From an uncultured Candidatus Saccharibacteria bacterium (GTDB lineage Bacteria > Patescibacteriota > Minisyncoccia > Phycocordibacterales > UBA3531): a stretch of DNA of 64,000 bases. A program made the translations under genes and the position numbers. How positions within the stretch are numbered: position 1 is the first letter of the stretch; each line of letters starts with the position of its first letter. The stretch spans positions 84,917 to 148,916 of the forward strand of contig CAYIAA010000001.1 in NCBI GenBank assembly GCA_964361405.1, read 5' to 3'. The notes beneath the pieces were generated by a model. The model was not told the DNA's origin and made no database searches. It worked only from the letters and a program-made list of their open reading frames with translations. This document shows, piece by piece, positions 19,851-30,099 of the stretch.

Positions 19851-22800
19851 TCAGCCCTCGGGCGTAGATTCTACGGGCGAGCCCATAGGTGATTCAATCA
19901 ATGTGATATTTTCTGCGATAATGGAGGGCGATCCGCCGCGCATTGAGAGCCGACCGGAGACTGTGACACAGCGGTCGGGCACAACATTCCGATCTACTGC
20001 GGTGAATGTTTTTGGGAACACTACGACTTCAATGTTGTCACGTTCATCGGACATCCGAACGAAGGCCATACGTTCTCCGCGTCGCGTCGTGACGCGTTTG
20101 ACCTCGTCAATCGTCGCGAGGAATGTAACTGGGCGTCCGTCGGATTCGTCTTTAAGCCCGGTGATGTCATGACTTCCTTTTGTTGAACCTCCGATTATGG
20201 CGAGCGGGTGCCCGGAGACATACAGGCCAAGGAGCTCTTTTTCCCACGTGAGCTTTTGAAGTATGGATGGAGGAGTCGCTTTTTTTAGTTTCAGTTTCGG
20301 GATTGAACTTACATCACTGATTAAACCGAAGAGCGAACTTTGATCGGGTGAATCTTTGAGACGTTCGCGGTTGTACGAGAGGGCTTCGTCGATATTCGCG
20401 AGCATCTCGGCACGTTCACCCAAAGAATCCATTGACCCACTTCGAACGAGCGATTCGAGGGATTTTTTGTTTAAATTTTTGTGTTGTACCCGGTCGAGAT
20501 AATCAGTGAAGTCGGTGAATTTGCCTTTTTCTTCCCGTTCCTCTATGATCGCCGATGATATTTCTGTGCCGAGATTTTTTATGGAAAACAATCCGAATCT
20601 GATGCTCTCTGAAGCGGTATTTTTTCCGACGACGGTGAAATCGCCGTAACTCTCGTTGACATCCGGGGGAAGTACGGGAATACCCATTCTCCGGCACTCG
20701 CTGATAACGCGTGAAACCTCATCCATGTTGCCCGACTCCGCGGAGAGGAGCGATGTCATATAGAGAACGGGAAAATTCGCTTTCATGTATGCAGTCTGAT
20801 AGGCAACCCTGCCATAACAGGCGGCATGCGCTTTATTGAATCCATAGGCGGCGAAAGGTTCGATGAGAAGCCAAAGATGGTTTGAGTCAAGAGCACTCAT
20901 ACCACCCTTTTGACAACCGGTGATAAATGCTTCTTTTTGTTCATTCATGACGGCGGGGATTTTCTTTCCCATTGCCTTTCTGAACTTATCGGCTTCACCC
21001 CACGAATATCCGGCAAGTTTGATTGCAATCAACATCACGTCGTCTTGATACGTAATGACTCCAAAACTATCTTCCAATATCTCGCGCATTCGCGGGTCGA
21101 GGTAGGTGACGAGTTTTGGGTTGTGCTTGCGCCGGATATATTCGGGAATCAATTCCAAAGGCCCTGGCCGATAAAGTGCCACCATGGCGTTAATATCGTG
21201 AATGGTATTTGGTTTCAATTCTTTTAAATATCTCGTCATCCCCGACCCGCCGAGCTGGAATAACCCCATAGTTTCACCTGCGGCAAGAAGGGCATATGTT
21301 TTCTTGTCATCAAGCGGAATTTCTTCGATGTCCACGTCGACGCCCTTCATCTCCCTCGCGAGCCGAACCGCATTCTCAAGAATGGCGAGATTTTTAATAC
21401 CCAGGAAATCGAATTTCAGAAGCCCTATATTTTCGACTGCGTGCATATCGTACTGTGTGATGACCTTATCGCCGTTGGGTTCGCGCTGGAGCGGCACATA
21501 TTCAGTTAAGGGTTCGGGCGTAATGACGACACCTGCCGCATGCACCGAGACATGACGCACACACCCCTCGAGTTTTTTCGCGAGGTCAATGACTTCACGA
21601 ACTTCCTTATCTTCTTCATAGGAGCGGACAAGCTCGGGAGTCATCTTCATCGCAGTGTCGATTGTCATCGGAAATCCCTGTGAGCCAAAGGGAATGATTT
21701 TTGCAATCCTGTCTCCGACACCGTATGGATACCCGAGAGCACGTGCGACATCGCGCACTACGCCACGCGCCATCATGGTGCCAAAGGTACCAATCTGGGC
21801 CACTTTATCCGTGCCGTATTTTTCCTTCGCATACGCGAGCATTTCATCGCGGCGATTGTCGGCAAAATCCATGTCAATATCAGGAGCACTCGGTCTCTCT
21901 GGGTTCAAAAACCGTTCGAATGGAAGTTTATATTCAAGCGGATTTACGTTCGTGATTTTCGTCAAATAGGTTACGAGAGATCCTGCACAAGACCCGCGAA
22001 TCGTAGTGAAGATGCCATGATGACGGGCATAGTACATGAGATCGGCGACGACGAGGAAATAAGGGGCAAAACCTTTATCCTTGATGATTTTCAGTTCATA
22101 CTCGAGGCGATCCGTAATCTCTTTCGTCGTCTCAAGACCGCGCTCTGGTATACCCTCAAATGCGTATTTCCGAAGGCGTTCATCGTAATCCCGCTCCCCG
22201 GCAACTTTAAGGTCGGGGAATACCCAGCCACTCCGCGTAATTTCGAGATTACATATCCCCGCCACAAGTTCTGTATTTTTAATCGCGTCCGGAACATCTT
22301 CGAAATATGCGGCGGCAATTTCCGGTCCAATAAATGAAAAGTCGTCGTTTCCGGAGAAAAGACGTGTCGTATCATCGGCCATACTACTCGGCTGTATAGC
22401 GATGAGCGTTTTGTGAGCTTCTCTGTCTGCCGCATTTGGATAGTAGGATGAGTGAGTTGCAACCAAGGGCACGCCAGTACTTTCGGAGAGTGAAACGATT
22501 GCTTTCCTCACTTCATCGTGCCGTTCAAGATTCGGATGATGCATCACCTCGAGGAAAAAATAATCTTTACCGAAGATATTTTGATACGACTTGATTACCT
22601 CAAGCGCGCGCGAATTGTCCCTTGCCCAGAGTGCGCGTGCGACCTCCCCGTAGATGCCACCGGAGAGTGCGATGAGTCCACCGCGATATTCGTTCAAAAT
22701 ATCTTTGTCGATTCGCGGCTTACCCTGGTACAGACCTTCAAGTTGGCCTGCGGTGACGAGCTTTATCAGATTTTTATATCCTTCCATGTCGCGCGCGAGG

Positions 22801-23069
22801 AGGGTCAGGTGGAAAGTTCGGTTGTCGGGTTTGGGGTCGCGCTCAAAGCGTGAGTTCTCAGCGATATAGCAGTCGACGCCGATAATCGGCTTTATATTTT
22901 CGGCACGCGCTTTTTGATAGAACTCAATCGCGCCGTAGAGATTGCCGTGGTCGGTTAAGGCAAGAGAGGGCATTTTGTATCCTTTGGCAAGACGGATAAG
23001 ATCGTCAATTTTTGAGAGGCCGGTGAGCAAGCTATAATGGCTGTGCGTGTGAAGGTGGATGAACGGCAT
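19851..23069 (-). CDS. dnaE: DNA polymerase III alpha subunit
   Basis: PHP domain start MPFIHLHTHSHYSLL; polymerase core and OB region. Start moved to the internal ATG at 23069; the ORF-track extension to 23156 lacks homology. Confidence 0.9.
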   Translation of the reverse strand: MPFIHLHTHSHYSLLTGLSKIDDLIRLAKGYKMPSLALTDHGNLYGAIEFYQKARAENIKPIIGVDCYIAENSRFERDPKPDNRTFHLTLLARDMEGYKNLIKLVTAGQLEGLYQGKPRIDKDILNEYRGGLIALSGGIYGEVARALWARDNSRALEVIKSYQNIFGKDYFFLEVMHHPNLERHDEVRKAIVSLSESTGVPLVATHSSYYPNAADREAHKTLIAIQPSSMADDTTRLFSGNDDFSFIGPEIAAAYFEDVPDAIKNTELVAGICNLEITRSGWVFPDLKVAGERDYDERLRKYAFEGIPERGLETTKEITDRLEYELKIIKDKGFAPYFLVVADLMYYARHHGIFTTIRGSCAGSLVTYLTKITNVNPLEYKLPFERFLNPERPSAPDIDMDFADNRRDEMLAYAKEKYGTDKVAQIGTFGTMMARGVVRDVARALGYPYGVGDRIAKIIPFGSQGFPMTIDTAMKMTPELVRSYEEDKEVREVIDLAKKLEGCVRHVSVHAAGVVITPEPLTEYVPLQREPNGDKVITQYDMHAVENIGLLKFDFLGIKNLAILENAVRLAREMKGVDVDIEEIPLDDKKTYALLAAGETMGLFQLGGSGMTRYLKELKPNTIHDINAMVALYRPGPLELIPEYIRRKHNPKLVTYLDPRMREILEDSFGVITYQDDVMLIAIKLAGYSWGEADKFRKAMGKKIPAVMNEQKEAFITGCQKGGMSALDSNHLWLLIEPFAAYGFNKAHAACYGRVAYQTAYMKANFPVLYMTSLLSAESGNMDEVSRVISECRRMGIPVLPPDVNESYGDFTVVGKNTASESIRFGLFSIKNLGTEISSAIIEEREEKGKFTDFTDYLDRVQHKNLNKKSLESLVRSGSMDSLGERAEMLANIDEALSYNRERLKDSPDQSSLFGLISDVSSIPKLKLKKATPPSILQKLTWEKELLGLYVSGHPLAIIGGSTKGSHDITGLKDESDGRPVTFLATIDEVKRVTTRRGERMAFVRMSDERDNIEVVVFPKTFTAVDRNVVPDRCVTVSGRLSMRGGSPSIIAENITLIESPMGSPVESTPEG

Positions 23070-23092
23070 AGCGTGATTATAGCAAGTCTCAG

Positions 23093-23701
23093 ATGAAGAA
23101 AACGAAAAAATATTTTTCCTACGCTGTGGGTATTGATGAAGCTGGAAGAGGACCACTTGCAGGACCCGTCTCCGTCGCGGCGGCGATACTTCGAGTAGAG
23201 TCGAGAAAACCTCACTTCTGGCCGGAGGTAAAAGATTCGAAGAAATTAAACTCCGCTATGCGCGAGAGACTCTATCGACTTGCCGAGCTCGAACGAAAGA
23301 AAGGAACACTTGATTTTACCTCCACATTAGTCGGCGAGGCGAAAATCGATGAGCTTGGTATCGTAGAAGCGGTCCGAATTGGCATAAGGCGCTGTCTCAA
23401 TCGCCTCGCCACCCCTCCCGAGCAATCGATTATATTTCTTGACGGAGGCCTCCGGGCGCCAGGGAAATATCTCTATCAGAAGACATTAATCGGCGGAGAG
23501 GAAAGGGAGAAGTTAATCGCTCTTGCGTCAATCGTAGCCAAGGTTTTGCGCGACAGAAAAATGGTTCGACTCTCCAAAAATTATCCGAAATACGGTTTCC
23601 ATATACATAAGGGGTATGGCACAGCCCTCCACATTCGGGCGCTCAGGCGCCACGGCGCTTCCCCGATCCACCGAAAAACATTTGTGAAAAAATTCACTTG
23701 A
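23093..23701 (+). CDS. rnhB: ribonuclease HII
   Basis: [14 protein letters not shown] active-site motif at the N-terminus. Confidence 0.85.
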   Translation: MKKTKKYFSYAVGIDEAGRGPLAGPVSVAAAILRVESRKPHFWPEVKDSKKLNSAMRERLYRLAELERKKGTLDFTSTLVGEAKIDELGIVEAVRIGIRRCLNRLATPPEQSIIFLDGGLRAPGKYLYQKTLIGGEEREKLIALASIVAKVLRDRKMVRLSKNYPKYGFHIHKGYGTALHIRALRRHGASPIHRKTFVKKFT

Positions 23702-23765
23702 TTTTTTGAGACCGCTTTCGTTTATAATTGCGTTTTATAGGGTTTTTGCTATACTCGGAGGTGTT

Positions 23766-24038
23766 ATGTCAGTCCGGATGAGACATACGCGCGCCCATAC
23801 GCGCAATAGGAGGTCTCACCACGCGCTTGAAGGAGTGCGACTTTCCCGCTGTATAAAGTGTGGGGCAGAGCACCGACGGCACACTATGTGCTTGAACTGC
23901 GGTACCTATCGGGGCAAGGAGGTAGTTGACGTACTCGCGAAACTCGGGAAGAAAGAGCGAAAGCTAAAAGAGCGCGAGCTCGAGCGTGGAGAAGAGGAGA
24001 GGAAAGGGACAAACCAAATAGAACTTTCAAAAAAATAG
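23766..24038 (+). CDS. rpmF: 50S ribosomal protein L32 with Lys/Glu-rich C-terminal extension
   Basis: [21 protein letters not shown]...C..CG..H..C..CG zinc-ribbon L32 pattern. GGAGGTG SD 6 nt upstream of this ATG; the ORF track starts earlier at 23706. Confidence 0.75.
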   Translation: MSVRMRHTRAHTRNRRSHHALEGVRLSRCIKCGAEHRRHTMCLNCGTYRGKEVVDVLAKLGKKERKLKERELERGEEERKGTNQIELSKK

Positions 24039-24075
24039 ATTATAGCACCCGAGGCACGGGTATGTATGTTGACAA

Positions 24076-24969
24076 ATGGCTAATCGGCATTTAGCGCGGA
24101 GTATAGTTCTGCAATCTCTCTTTGAGTGGGACTTCAAAGAGGGTAAAGACGCGAACATTTCGTTTATCGTTGAGAATAACGCGCATGAGTTTGGTCCGGG
24201 ACTCCCCGACATTTTGTTCGTGAGGTCGCTCGTGGAGAGCATCATGAAAAAACGGGAAAAGCTCGATGCCGTTATTGAGAGTTCCGCCCCGGAGTGGCCA
24301 ATCGACCGCATTTCCATAGTGGATAGAAATGTGCTCCGCATCGGGCTCTACGAGCTTCTGTATGCGGACCGAGCCGAAGTTCCGGCAAAAGTAGCCATTA
24401 ACGAAGCTATTGAACTCGCAAAGACATTCGGCGGGGAAAATAGCGGCAGATTCATTAACGGAGTGCTCGGCACCGTTTACAAGGAACTCGGAGAGCCGGG
24501 GAAAGATGAACGCGGCAAGCGCACCCTAGAAGATCCATCAAAGATGCCGCGAGAGATCCTCGGTGGAGCTCTCGTGTATCGGCATATCACGGGCGGCGGG
24601 GTTATGGTAGCCTTGGTGCACGATGTTTTCGGGTATTGGACCCTCTCGAAAGGTCACATTGAATCCGAAGAGGACGAGCGCATGGGAGCCGCTCGGGAAA
24701 TACGTGAAGAGCTCGGCGTCGATGTTACGATTGGAGAGAAGATAGGAGAAAACGAATACACGGCGTCCGATCCGGAAAAAGGGAAGCTCCGCAAGCATGT
24801 TTCGTACTTTTTAGCCGAAACCCAGGATACCGAGCTCAAACTTCACTCTGGAGGGGGACTCGTCGAGGCAAAATGGTTTTCACTCGATGATCTCTCCGAC
24901 CTTAAAATTTATGATGACATTCTCCCTATTATCACTACCGGAGTGAAAATGTTGTTCTCTCATCCTTAA
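24076..24969 (+). CDS. nusB: fusion protein: NusB antitermination factor (N-terminal) plus NUDIX hydrolase (C-terminal)
   Basis: VPAKVAINEAIELAKTFGGENSGRFINGVLG is near-identical to the E. coli NusB core. The C-terminus has a perfect Nudix box GHIESEEDERMGAAREIREELGV (GX5EX7REUXEEXGU). Confidence 0.8.
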   Translation: MANRHLARSIVLQSLFEWDFKEGKDANISFIVENNAHEFGPGLPDILFVRSLVESIMKKREKLDAVIESSAPEWPIDRISIVDRNVLRIGLYELLYADRAEVPAKVAINEAIELAKTFGGENSGRFINGVLGTVYKELGEPGKDERGKRTLEDPSKMPREILGGALVYRHITGGGVMVALVHDVFGYWTLSKGHIESEEDERMGAAREIREELGVDVTIGEKIGENEYTASDPEKGKLRKHVSYFLAETQDTELKLHSGGGLVEAKWFSLDDLSDLKIYDDILPIITTGVKMLFSHP

Positions 24970-24982
24970 TCTATTCGCCGCC

Positions 24983-25684
24983 ATGCACAGTGAAGTCAGT
25001 CTGAATGAGTTTGAAAAAAAAATAAGCATCACATTCAAAAATAAGGATTTACTTCTTCAAGCCTTTACGCACCGATCATACTTGAATGAGCATCCGGAAT
25101 CGCGAATTCGTGACAATGAACGCCTTGAGTTTCTCGGAGACGCCGTACTTGAGCTCGCTACCACGACGTTTCTCTATGATCGTTTCACCGATAAAGCCGA
25201 AGGAGAGTTGACGGGGCTTCGGGCGGCATTGGTGAATACCCGCCAGCTTGCGGTGTGTGCTCGGGAGTTGGGGTTGAACGGTTACCTCCGTCTCTCGCGC
25301 GGAGAGATGAGGGATGAGGGCCGCGCTCGGGATGTTATTTTGGCAAACGCGCTTGAGGCACTTCTCGGGGCAATTTATCTCGATCAAGGATACGGAGCGG
25401 CACGCGATTTTATCGCGGTGGAGCTCTTCGGGCGTATTGACGACATTGTGACGCGAGGGCTCTGGCTTGACCCGAAGAGCCGTTTTCAAGAGCGTGCGCA
25501 AGAGATATTTGGACTGACGCCGAGTTACCGGGTACTCCGCGAGTCGGGCCCCGATCATTCGAAACAATTTACCGTGGGATTATTTCTTGGCGAAGAGGAA
25601 GTTGCACAGGGTATCGGAAGTTCAAAACAGGAGGCCGAAGAATACGCCGCGCGCGAAGGGCTTATACGAAAGAGTTGGACCTAA
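24983..25684 (+). CDS. rnc: ribonuclease III
   Basis: ERLEFLGDAVLEL RNase III signature plus C-terminal dsRBD. Confidence 0.9.
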   Translation: MHSEVSLNEFEKKISITFKNKDLLLQAFTHRSYLNEHPESRIRDNERLEFLGDAVLELATTTFLYDRFTDKAEGELTGLRAALVNTRQLAVCARELGLNGYLRLSRGEMRDEGRARDVILANALEALLGAIYLDQGYGAARDFIAVELFGRIDDIVTRGLWLDPKSRFQERAQEIFGLTPSYRVLRESGPDHSKQFTVGLFLGEEEVAQGIGSSKQEAEEYAAREGLIRKSWT

Positions 25685-25709
25685 AGATTAGTGGTACGAA
25701 GGAGAGTAT

Positions 25710-27932
25710 ATGTATCTTCGCGGACTAGAACTCATCGGATTCAAATCGTTTGCAAAAAAAACGATTTTTTCATTTACGTCACCGATTACCGCTATCGTGG
25801 GACCGAATGGTTCGGGAAAATCGAATGTAGCGGAAGCTTTCAGATGGAGCCTTGGCGAGCAGTCTATGAAAGCCCTTCGCGGGAAAAAAGGTGAAGATCT
25901 TATTTGGAACGGGTCACCAGGTGCTCCGCGCACGAATCGCGCGAGCGTTGTGCTTACATTTGAGAACGAAGGAAAACAGTTTCCGATTGATTTTGATACG
26001 GTGACCATTGCACGCGAAGTGTATCGGGACGGAACAAACGACTATTCAATCAACGGGAGCAAGGTGCGTCTCCGCGATGTGGCTGAGCTCCTCTCTGGAG
26101 TATCTATCGGTGGATCGGGGCACCATATCATAAGCCAGGGCGAGGCAGACAGAATTCTTAGAGCGAATCCGTCAGAGCGTCGGGCCATGGTTCACGATGC
26201 GCTCGGACTCAAAATTTACCACTGGAAACTCTCGGAGAGCGAGAAAAAACTTGCGAAAACGAAAGAGAATCTCGAGAAAGCGGAATCGCTCCGGAAAGAA
26301 GTGAGCGGTCATTTGAGATTTTTGAAGGGCGAAGTTGAAAAGATGGAGCATTCACGGCAAATCCGCGAAGAGCTCGGAGTTTTATACCGAGAATATCTCG
26401 CTCTTGAGGCAAGCTATCTCGAGCATATGAGTGAAGAGCTCCAAGGACGAGAAGAGGAACCCACGCGGGAACTAAGAGTCCTCGAGGAGGAGATTAAAAG
26501 CGCAGAAAAAGCGGCTGGAGGACTCACGGAGAATAAAGCGGAAGGAGGTGTAAGAGAAATCGAAGGAAGCATTGAAATATTACGGCGAGAGAAAGACGAA
26601 CTTGGGCGGAAACTCGGCAAACTCGAAGGCATGCTCGAGTTTTCGAAGAAAGGCACAGCAAACCCGCACGCTTCAGAGCGTGCGGACCAAGGGTTGGTGC
26701 GCGCTCTAGACGTCAGGGTGTTTGCGAGTGAAATCACGTCAATCCTCGGAGAAATCGAGGATACCGAATCGATTGAAGGCGCTCACAAGCTCGTTTCGCG
26801 GGCGAAGAGCGCAATATCGCGGTTCTTGAATAAAATGACAGCACCGGCGGGGGGCGAGGATGAAGGTACGGAAGATACTGGAATGCTCGGTGAACTTGAA
26901 GAAGAAAGAGCACACCTTGAGGAGGAGCTCAAACGGATTATCGAACGTGAGGAAGAATTACTCGCTCATCGCGAGCGAATCCGCGAAGGTGAGCGCGAAT
27001 CACTCTCTCGCGTAAGGGAGATGGACCGGCGTCTCTATGAGGGGCGTGAACGGCGAATCGCTCTTCACGGAGCGCTCGAAGCGATTAAATTTGAACGAGA
27101 GAAACTTGCGATTGAAGAGGCTGATTTTGAACGAGAAAAGGCAGAGGCCCGATCGTTTGTCGGAAGTAGTTCTCTCGAGGAAGGGAAACCACAAGGCACC
27201 ACCCATGTGTTTGAAGAGAGGATAAAACAAACTGAAAGGCGCAAAAAAATCGAGCGACTTAAGGTGAAACTTGAAGATGCTGGCCCTTTTAACGAAGCTC
27301 TTGCAAAAGAATATCAAGAAGTGTCGGAGAGGAGCGCATATCTCCTCAAGGAGATGAGCGACCTTACCGAAAGTACTGTGTCGCTTAAAAAACTGATTGA
27401 GGATTTGCATATCGAGCTCGACAAAAAATTCACGGATGGTATTGCCAAAGTGAATGAAGAGTTTAAAAATTTTTTCTCCCCACTCTTCGGAGGAGGAGAT
27501 GCATCTCTTAGAGTTATTGGGAGGAAAAGTTCCCAGGCACGGCATGAAGAAGAGGAAGGAGATGAAGAAAATGAAGAAGAGGGGATTGACATTAAGGTGA
27601 ATATCCCGCGCAAGAAAGTCCACGGGCTTGAAATGCTCTCTGGCGGCGAAAGAGCGCTCACGTCAATTGCCCTCCTTTTTGCCCTGACCCGGGTGTCTCC
27701 GCCGCCATTCCTCATTCTTGATGAAACTGACGCGGCACTTGATGAAGCAAATTCGAAGAAATATGCGGATATGCTGGAAGACCTTTCAAAGGTGTGCCAA
27801 CTCATTTTAATCACGCATAACCGCGAGACCATGTCTCGAGCCGGAGTGCTCTATGGAGTTACCATGGGATCCGATGGGGTGTCTCGACTCCTTTCGGTTA
27901 AGTTTGAAGAGGCCGTTAAGATTGCAAAATAA
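25710..27932 (+). CDS. smc: SMC-family chromosome partition ATPase, unusually short (740 aa), no recognisable hinge
   Basis: SMC N-head (MYLRGLELIGFKSFA...GPNGSGKSN...RWSLGEQS) and SMC C-head (LSGGERALTSIALLFAL...LILDETDAALD). Only about 400 aa of coiled-coil between the heads; acidic insert EEEEGDEENEEEG. Confidence 0.75.
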   Translation: MYLRGLELIGFKSFAKKTIFSFTSPITAIVGPNGSGKSNVAEAFRWSLGEQSMKALRGKKGEDLIWNGSPGAPRTNRASVVLTFENEGKQFPIDFDTVTIAREVYRDGTNDYSINGSKVRLRDVAELLSGVSIGGSGHHIISQGEADRILRANPSERRAMVHDALGLKIYHWKLSESEKKLAKTKENLEKAESLRKEVSGHLRFLKGEVEKMEHSRQIREELGVLYREYLALEASYLEHMSEELQGREEEPTRELRVLEEEIKSAEKAAGGLTENKAEGGVREIEGSIEILRREKDELGRKLGKLEGMLEFSKKGTANPHASERADQGLVRALDVRVFASEITSILGEIEDTESIEGAHKLVSRAKSAISRFLNKMTAPAGGEDEGTEDTGMLGELEEERAHLEEELKRIIEREEELLAHRERIREGERESLSRVREMDRRLYEGRERRIALHGALEAIKFEREKLAIEEADFEREKAEARSFVGSSSLEEGKPQGTTHVFEERIKQTERRKKIERLKVKLEDAGPFNEALAKEYQEVSERSAYLLKEMSDLTESTVSLKKLIEDLHIELDKKFTDGIAKVNEEFKNFFSPLFGGGDASLRVIGRKSSQARHEEEEGDEENEEEGIDIKVNIPRKKVHGLEMLSGGERALTSIALLFALTRVSPPPFLILDETDAALDEANSKKYADMLEDLSKVCQLILITHNRETMSRAGVLYGVTMGSDGVSRLLSVKFEEAVKIAK

Positions 27933-27947
27933 GCGCTCTTCTAGAAT

Positions 27948-29948
27948 TTAGGATGCGAGTACGTAGTCAATCTGCCGCCGCTCAAGGTTGGTCCGTTTAA
28001 TGCGGACTTGAATGGCATCTCCTAAGCGGTATACGCGTTTGTGACGGGTTCCCGTCACTGCAAGTTTTTTTTCATCAAAGATGTAGTAGTCGTCAGGAAG
28101 ATCTTTGAAGCTCACCATTCCTTCGGCGAGTGTTTTCTTTTCCTGAACAAAGAATCCCCACGGGGTTACGCGGGAAATGATTCCATCGAATGTTTTTCCG
28201 CCATGGCCCTCCATGAACTCAACCTGTTTATACTTGATGGATTCGCGCTCGGCTTCCTGGGCTCTCCGTTCGAGTTCCGAGCACTCGCGGGAAATCTCCT
28301 CGCATTCTTCATACTCCGAGAGAGGTACGATTTCGCCCGAGAGGTAGCGCATAAGGAGACGATGGACAATTAAATCCGGATAACGACGGATTGGGGAAGT
28401 GAAGTGGGTATAGGTCGGGAGAGCCAGCCCGAAGTGCCCTTTGTTTTCCGTAGTATAAAATGCCCGTTCCATGGTTTGGATCATCGCGGTTTGCACCAAA
28501 GCCTCTTCAGGTTTCCCAGCCGCTTCTTTGATGAGGTCATTTAATACATGTCTTCCCGATTCCCCGGGCGTGCGGCGGTACCCAAGCGCTTGGAGAAATC
28601 CAAAGAGGTCATTTAGTTTCTGCTGATTTGGGGAAGGGTGTACCCGATAGATGAAGGGAAGAGCTGCTTCACGGCCATCCTTTCCGGATTTCCGCGCGAC
28701 GAAGTCTGCGGTTCTATGGTTTGCGAGAAGCATAAACTCCTCGATTAGTTTGTGCGTATTGAGCCGCGCTTTCCGTGAGATGTCCACTGGTTTGTTGTCC
28801 GGCCCGAGAGTGATTTTGAGTTCCAAATCCTCAAAAGTGAGGGCGCCTGATTCCATCCTCCTCTCTCTAAGCGTTTTTGCAGTGGTCGAGAGAAGGTTCA
28901 ATTCTTCGTACCATTCGCCGCTCCCAGAGTCGATAAGTTTTTGAGCTTCTTCATAGCTGAATCGTCTATCGGACCGGATGATGGTTTTTCCAAACCATTC
29001 GTTTGTTACATGGAGCTGTTTATCGAGAGTGAAGAGAGCAGAGAAGGCGAACTTGTCTTCATTCGGGTTCAAACTACAAAGATCATTTGAAAGGCGCTCG
29101 GGGAGCATCGGTATGGTTCGATCGACAAGGTAAATTGACGTGCCCCGCCGGCGTGCCTCGAGATTGAGTGACGTCCCCGGCGCCACGTAGTGTGATACAT
29201 CGGCGACATGGACCCCGACTTCAAGCGCACCGTTCTCGAGCCGCCGCACCGAAAGCGCGTCATCAAAGTCTTTTGCATTTTCTGGATCGATGGTAGCGGT
29301 GCGGACACTCCGGAGATCTTTCCTGGCGCGGATGGATTCATCCCCACCTTCAGGGCCACTCAGTTTATCCGCCTCCTCAAGTACTTCACTCGGAAAATCG
29401 ATTTCAAAGTTTTTTTCGTAGACAATCGACATCATTTCGACATCGTGAATTCCAGGTTTCCCGATGATGCGCAGTACTTCGCCTATGGGGTCACGAAGCG
29501 GGTCATCCCATTCGAGTATTCGAGCAAGAATTTTTTCTCCGCCTTTGGCATCCCCAAGGTTTGCCTCGGGAATCAAAATATCGCGGTACATTCTCGAATC
29601 GTCGGGCACTAAGTAGAAGAAGTTATTTTTTTTCTCAAGTACGCCGACAAAGCGCGTTCGGAGACGTTTGATGATTTTTGCGACCTCTCCCATCGCAGAA
29701 CCGTCCTGTCGTGCCGAAGTAATGAAGACGAGAACTGTGTCGCCGTGGAGTGCGGTGTGAAGGAAGTTCGGGTCAATTTCGATTGATCGCTTCGTTTGTG
29801 CTCCTGGGTCGTCGAGGTAGCCGATCCCGGAGGAAGTTATCCGGATGGTTCCCGTTACTTCCCGCGTTGGCACCTTATGTTCCACCACACGCCTTTTTGG
29901 GTGTGCGTCCGGGCGCTCTCGATGGTCTCTTTGGGGATTCTTTTTCAT
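27948..29948 (-). CDS. rnr: ribonuclease R (RNB family 3'-5' exoribonuclease with C-terminal S1 domain)
   Basis: RNB catalytic region and S1 domain (GIISRVTPWGFFV). Start moved to the internal ATG at 29948 (MKKNPQRD...) preceded by TATAAT; the ORF track extends to 30101. Confidence 0.85.
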   Translation of the reverse strand: MKKNPQRDHRERPDAHPKRRVVEHKVPTREVTGTIRITSSGIGYLDDPGAQTKRSIEIDPNFLHTALHGDTVLVFITSARQDGSAMGEVAKIIKRLRTRFVGVLEKKNNFFYLVPDDSRMYRDILIPEANLGDAKGGEKILARILEWDDPLRDPIGEVLRIIGKPGIHDVEMMSIVYEKNFEIDFPSEVLEEADKLSGPEGGDESIRARKDLRSVRTATIDPENAKDFDDALSVRRLENGALEVGVHVADVSHYVAPGTSLNLEARRRGTSIYLVDRTIPMLPERLSNDLCSLNPNEDKFAFSALFTLDKQLHVTNEWFGKTIIRSDRRFSYEEAQKLIDSGSGEWYEELNLLSTTAKTLRERRMESGALTFEDLELKITLGPDNKPVDISRKARLNTHKLIEEFMLLANHRTADFVARKSGKDGREAALPFIYRVHPSPNQQKLNDLFGFLQALGYRRTPGESGRHVLNDLIKEAAGKPEEALVQTAMIQTMERAFYTTENKGHFGLALPTYTHFTSPIRRYPDLIVHRLLMRYLSGEIVPLSEYEECEEISRECSELERRAQEAERESIKYKQVEFMEGHGGKTFDGIISRVTPWGFFVQEKKTLAEGMVSFKDLPDDYYIFDEKKLAVTGTRHKRVYRLGDAIQVRIKRTNLERRQIDYVLAS

Positions 29949-30099
29949 CAGGGGATGATTATAGCATGGCACTATGGCGATGGGTACTGACTCTATTGCG
30001 CACCTCGGTTTTTTCTGGTATGGTGCGCCCACCTGAGGGTTACTGCCTATGCGTATACATCTTTCTACTGCGAAGCCGAAAAAAGTTGCGAAAGGCGCC

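Noticed and set aside
23070-23156. 29-aa N-terminal extension of dnaE in the ORF track
   Set aside because: PHP-domain homology begins at the internal Met (MPFIHLHTHS). The extension would also run into the divergent rnhB start.
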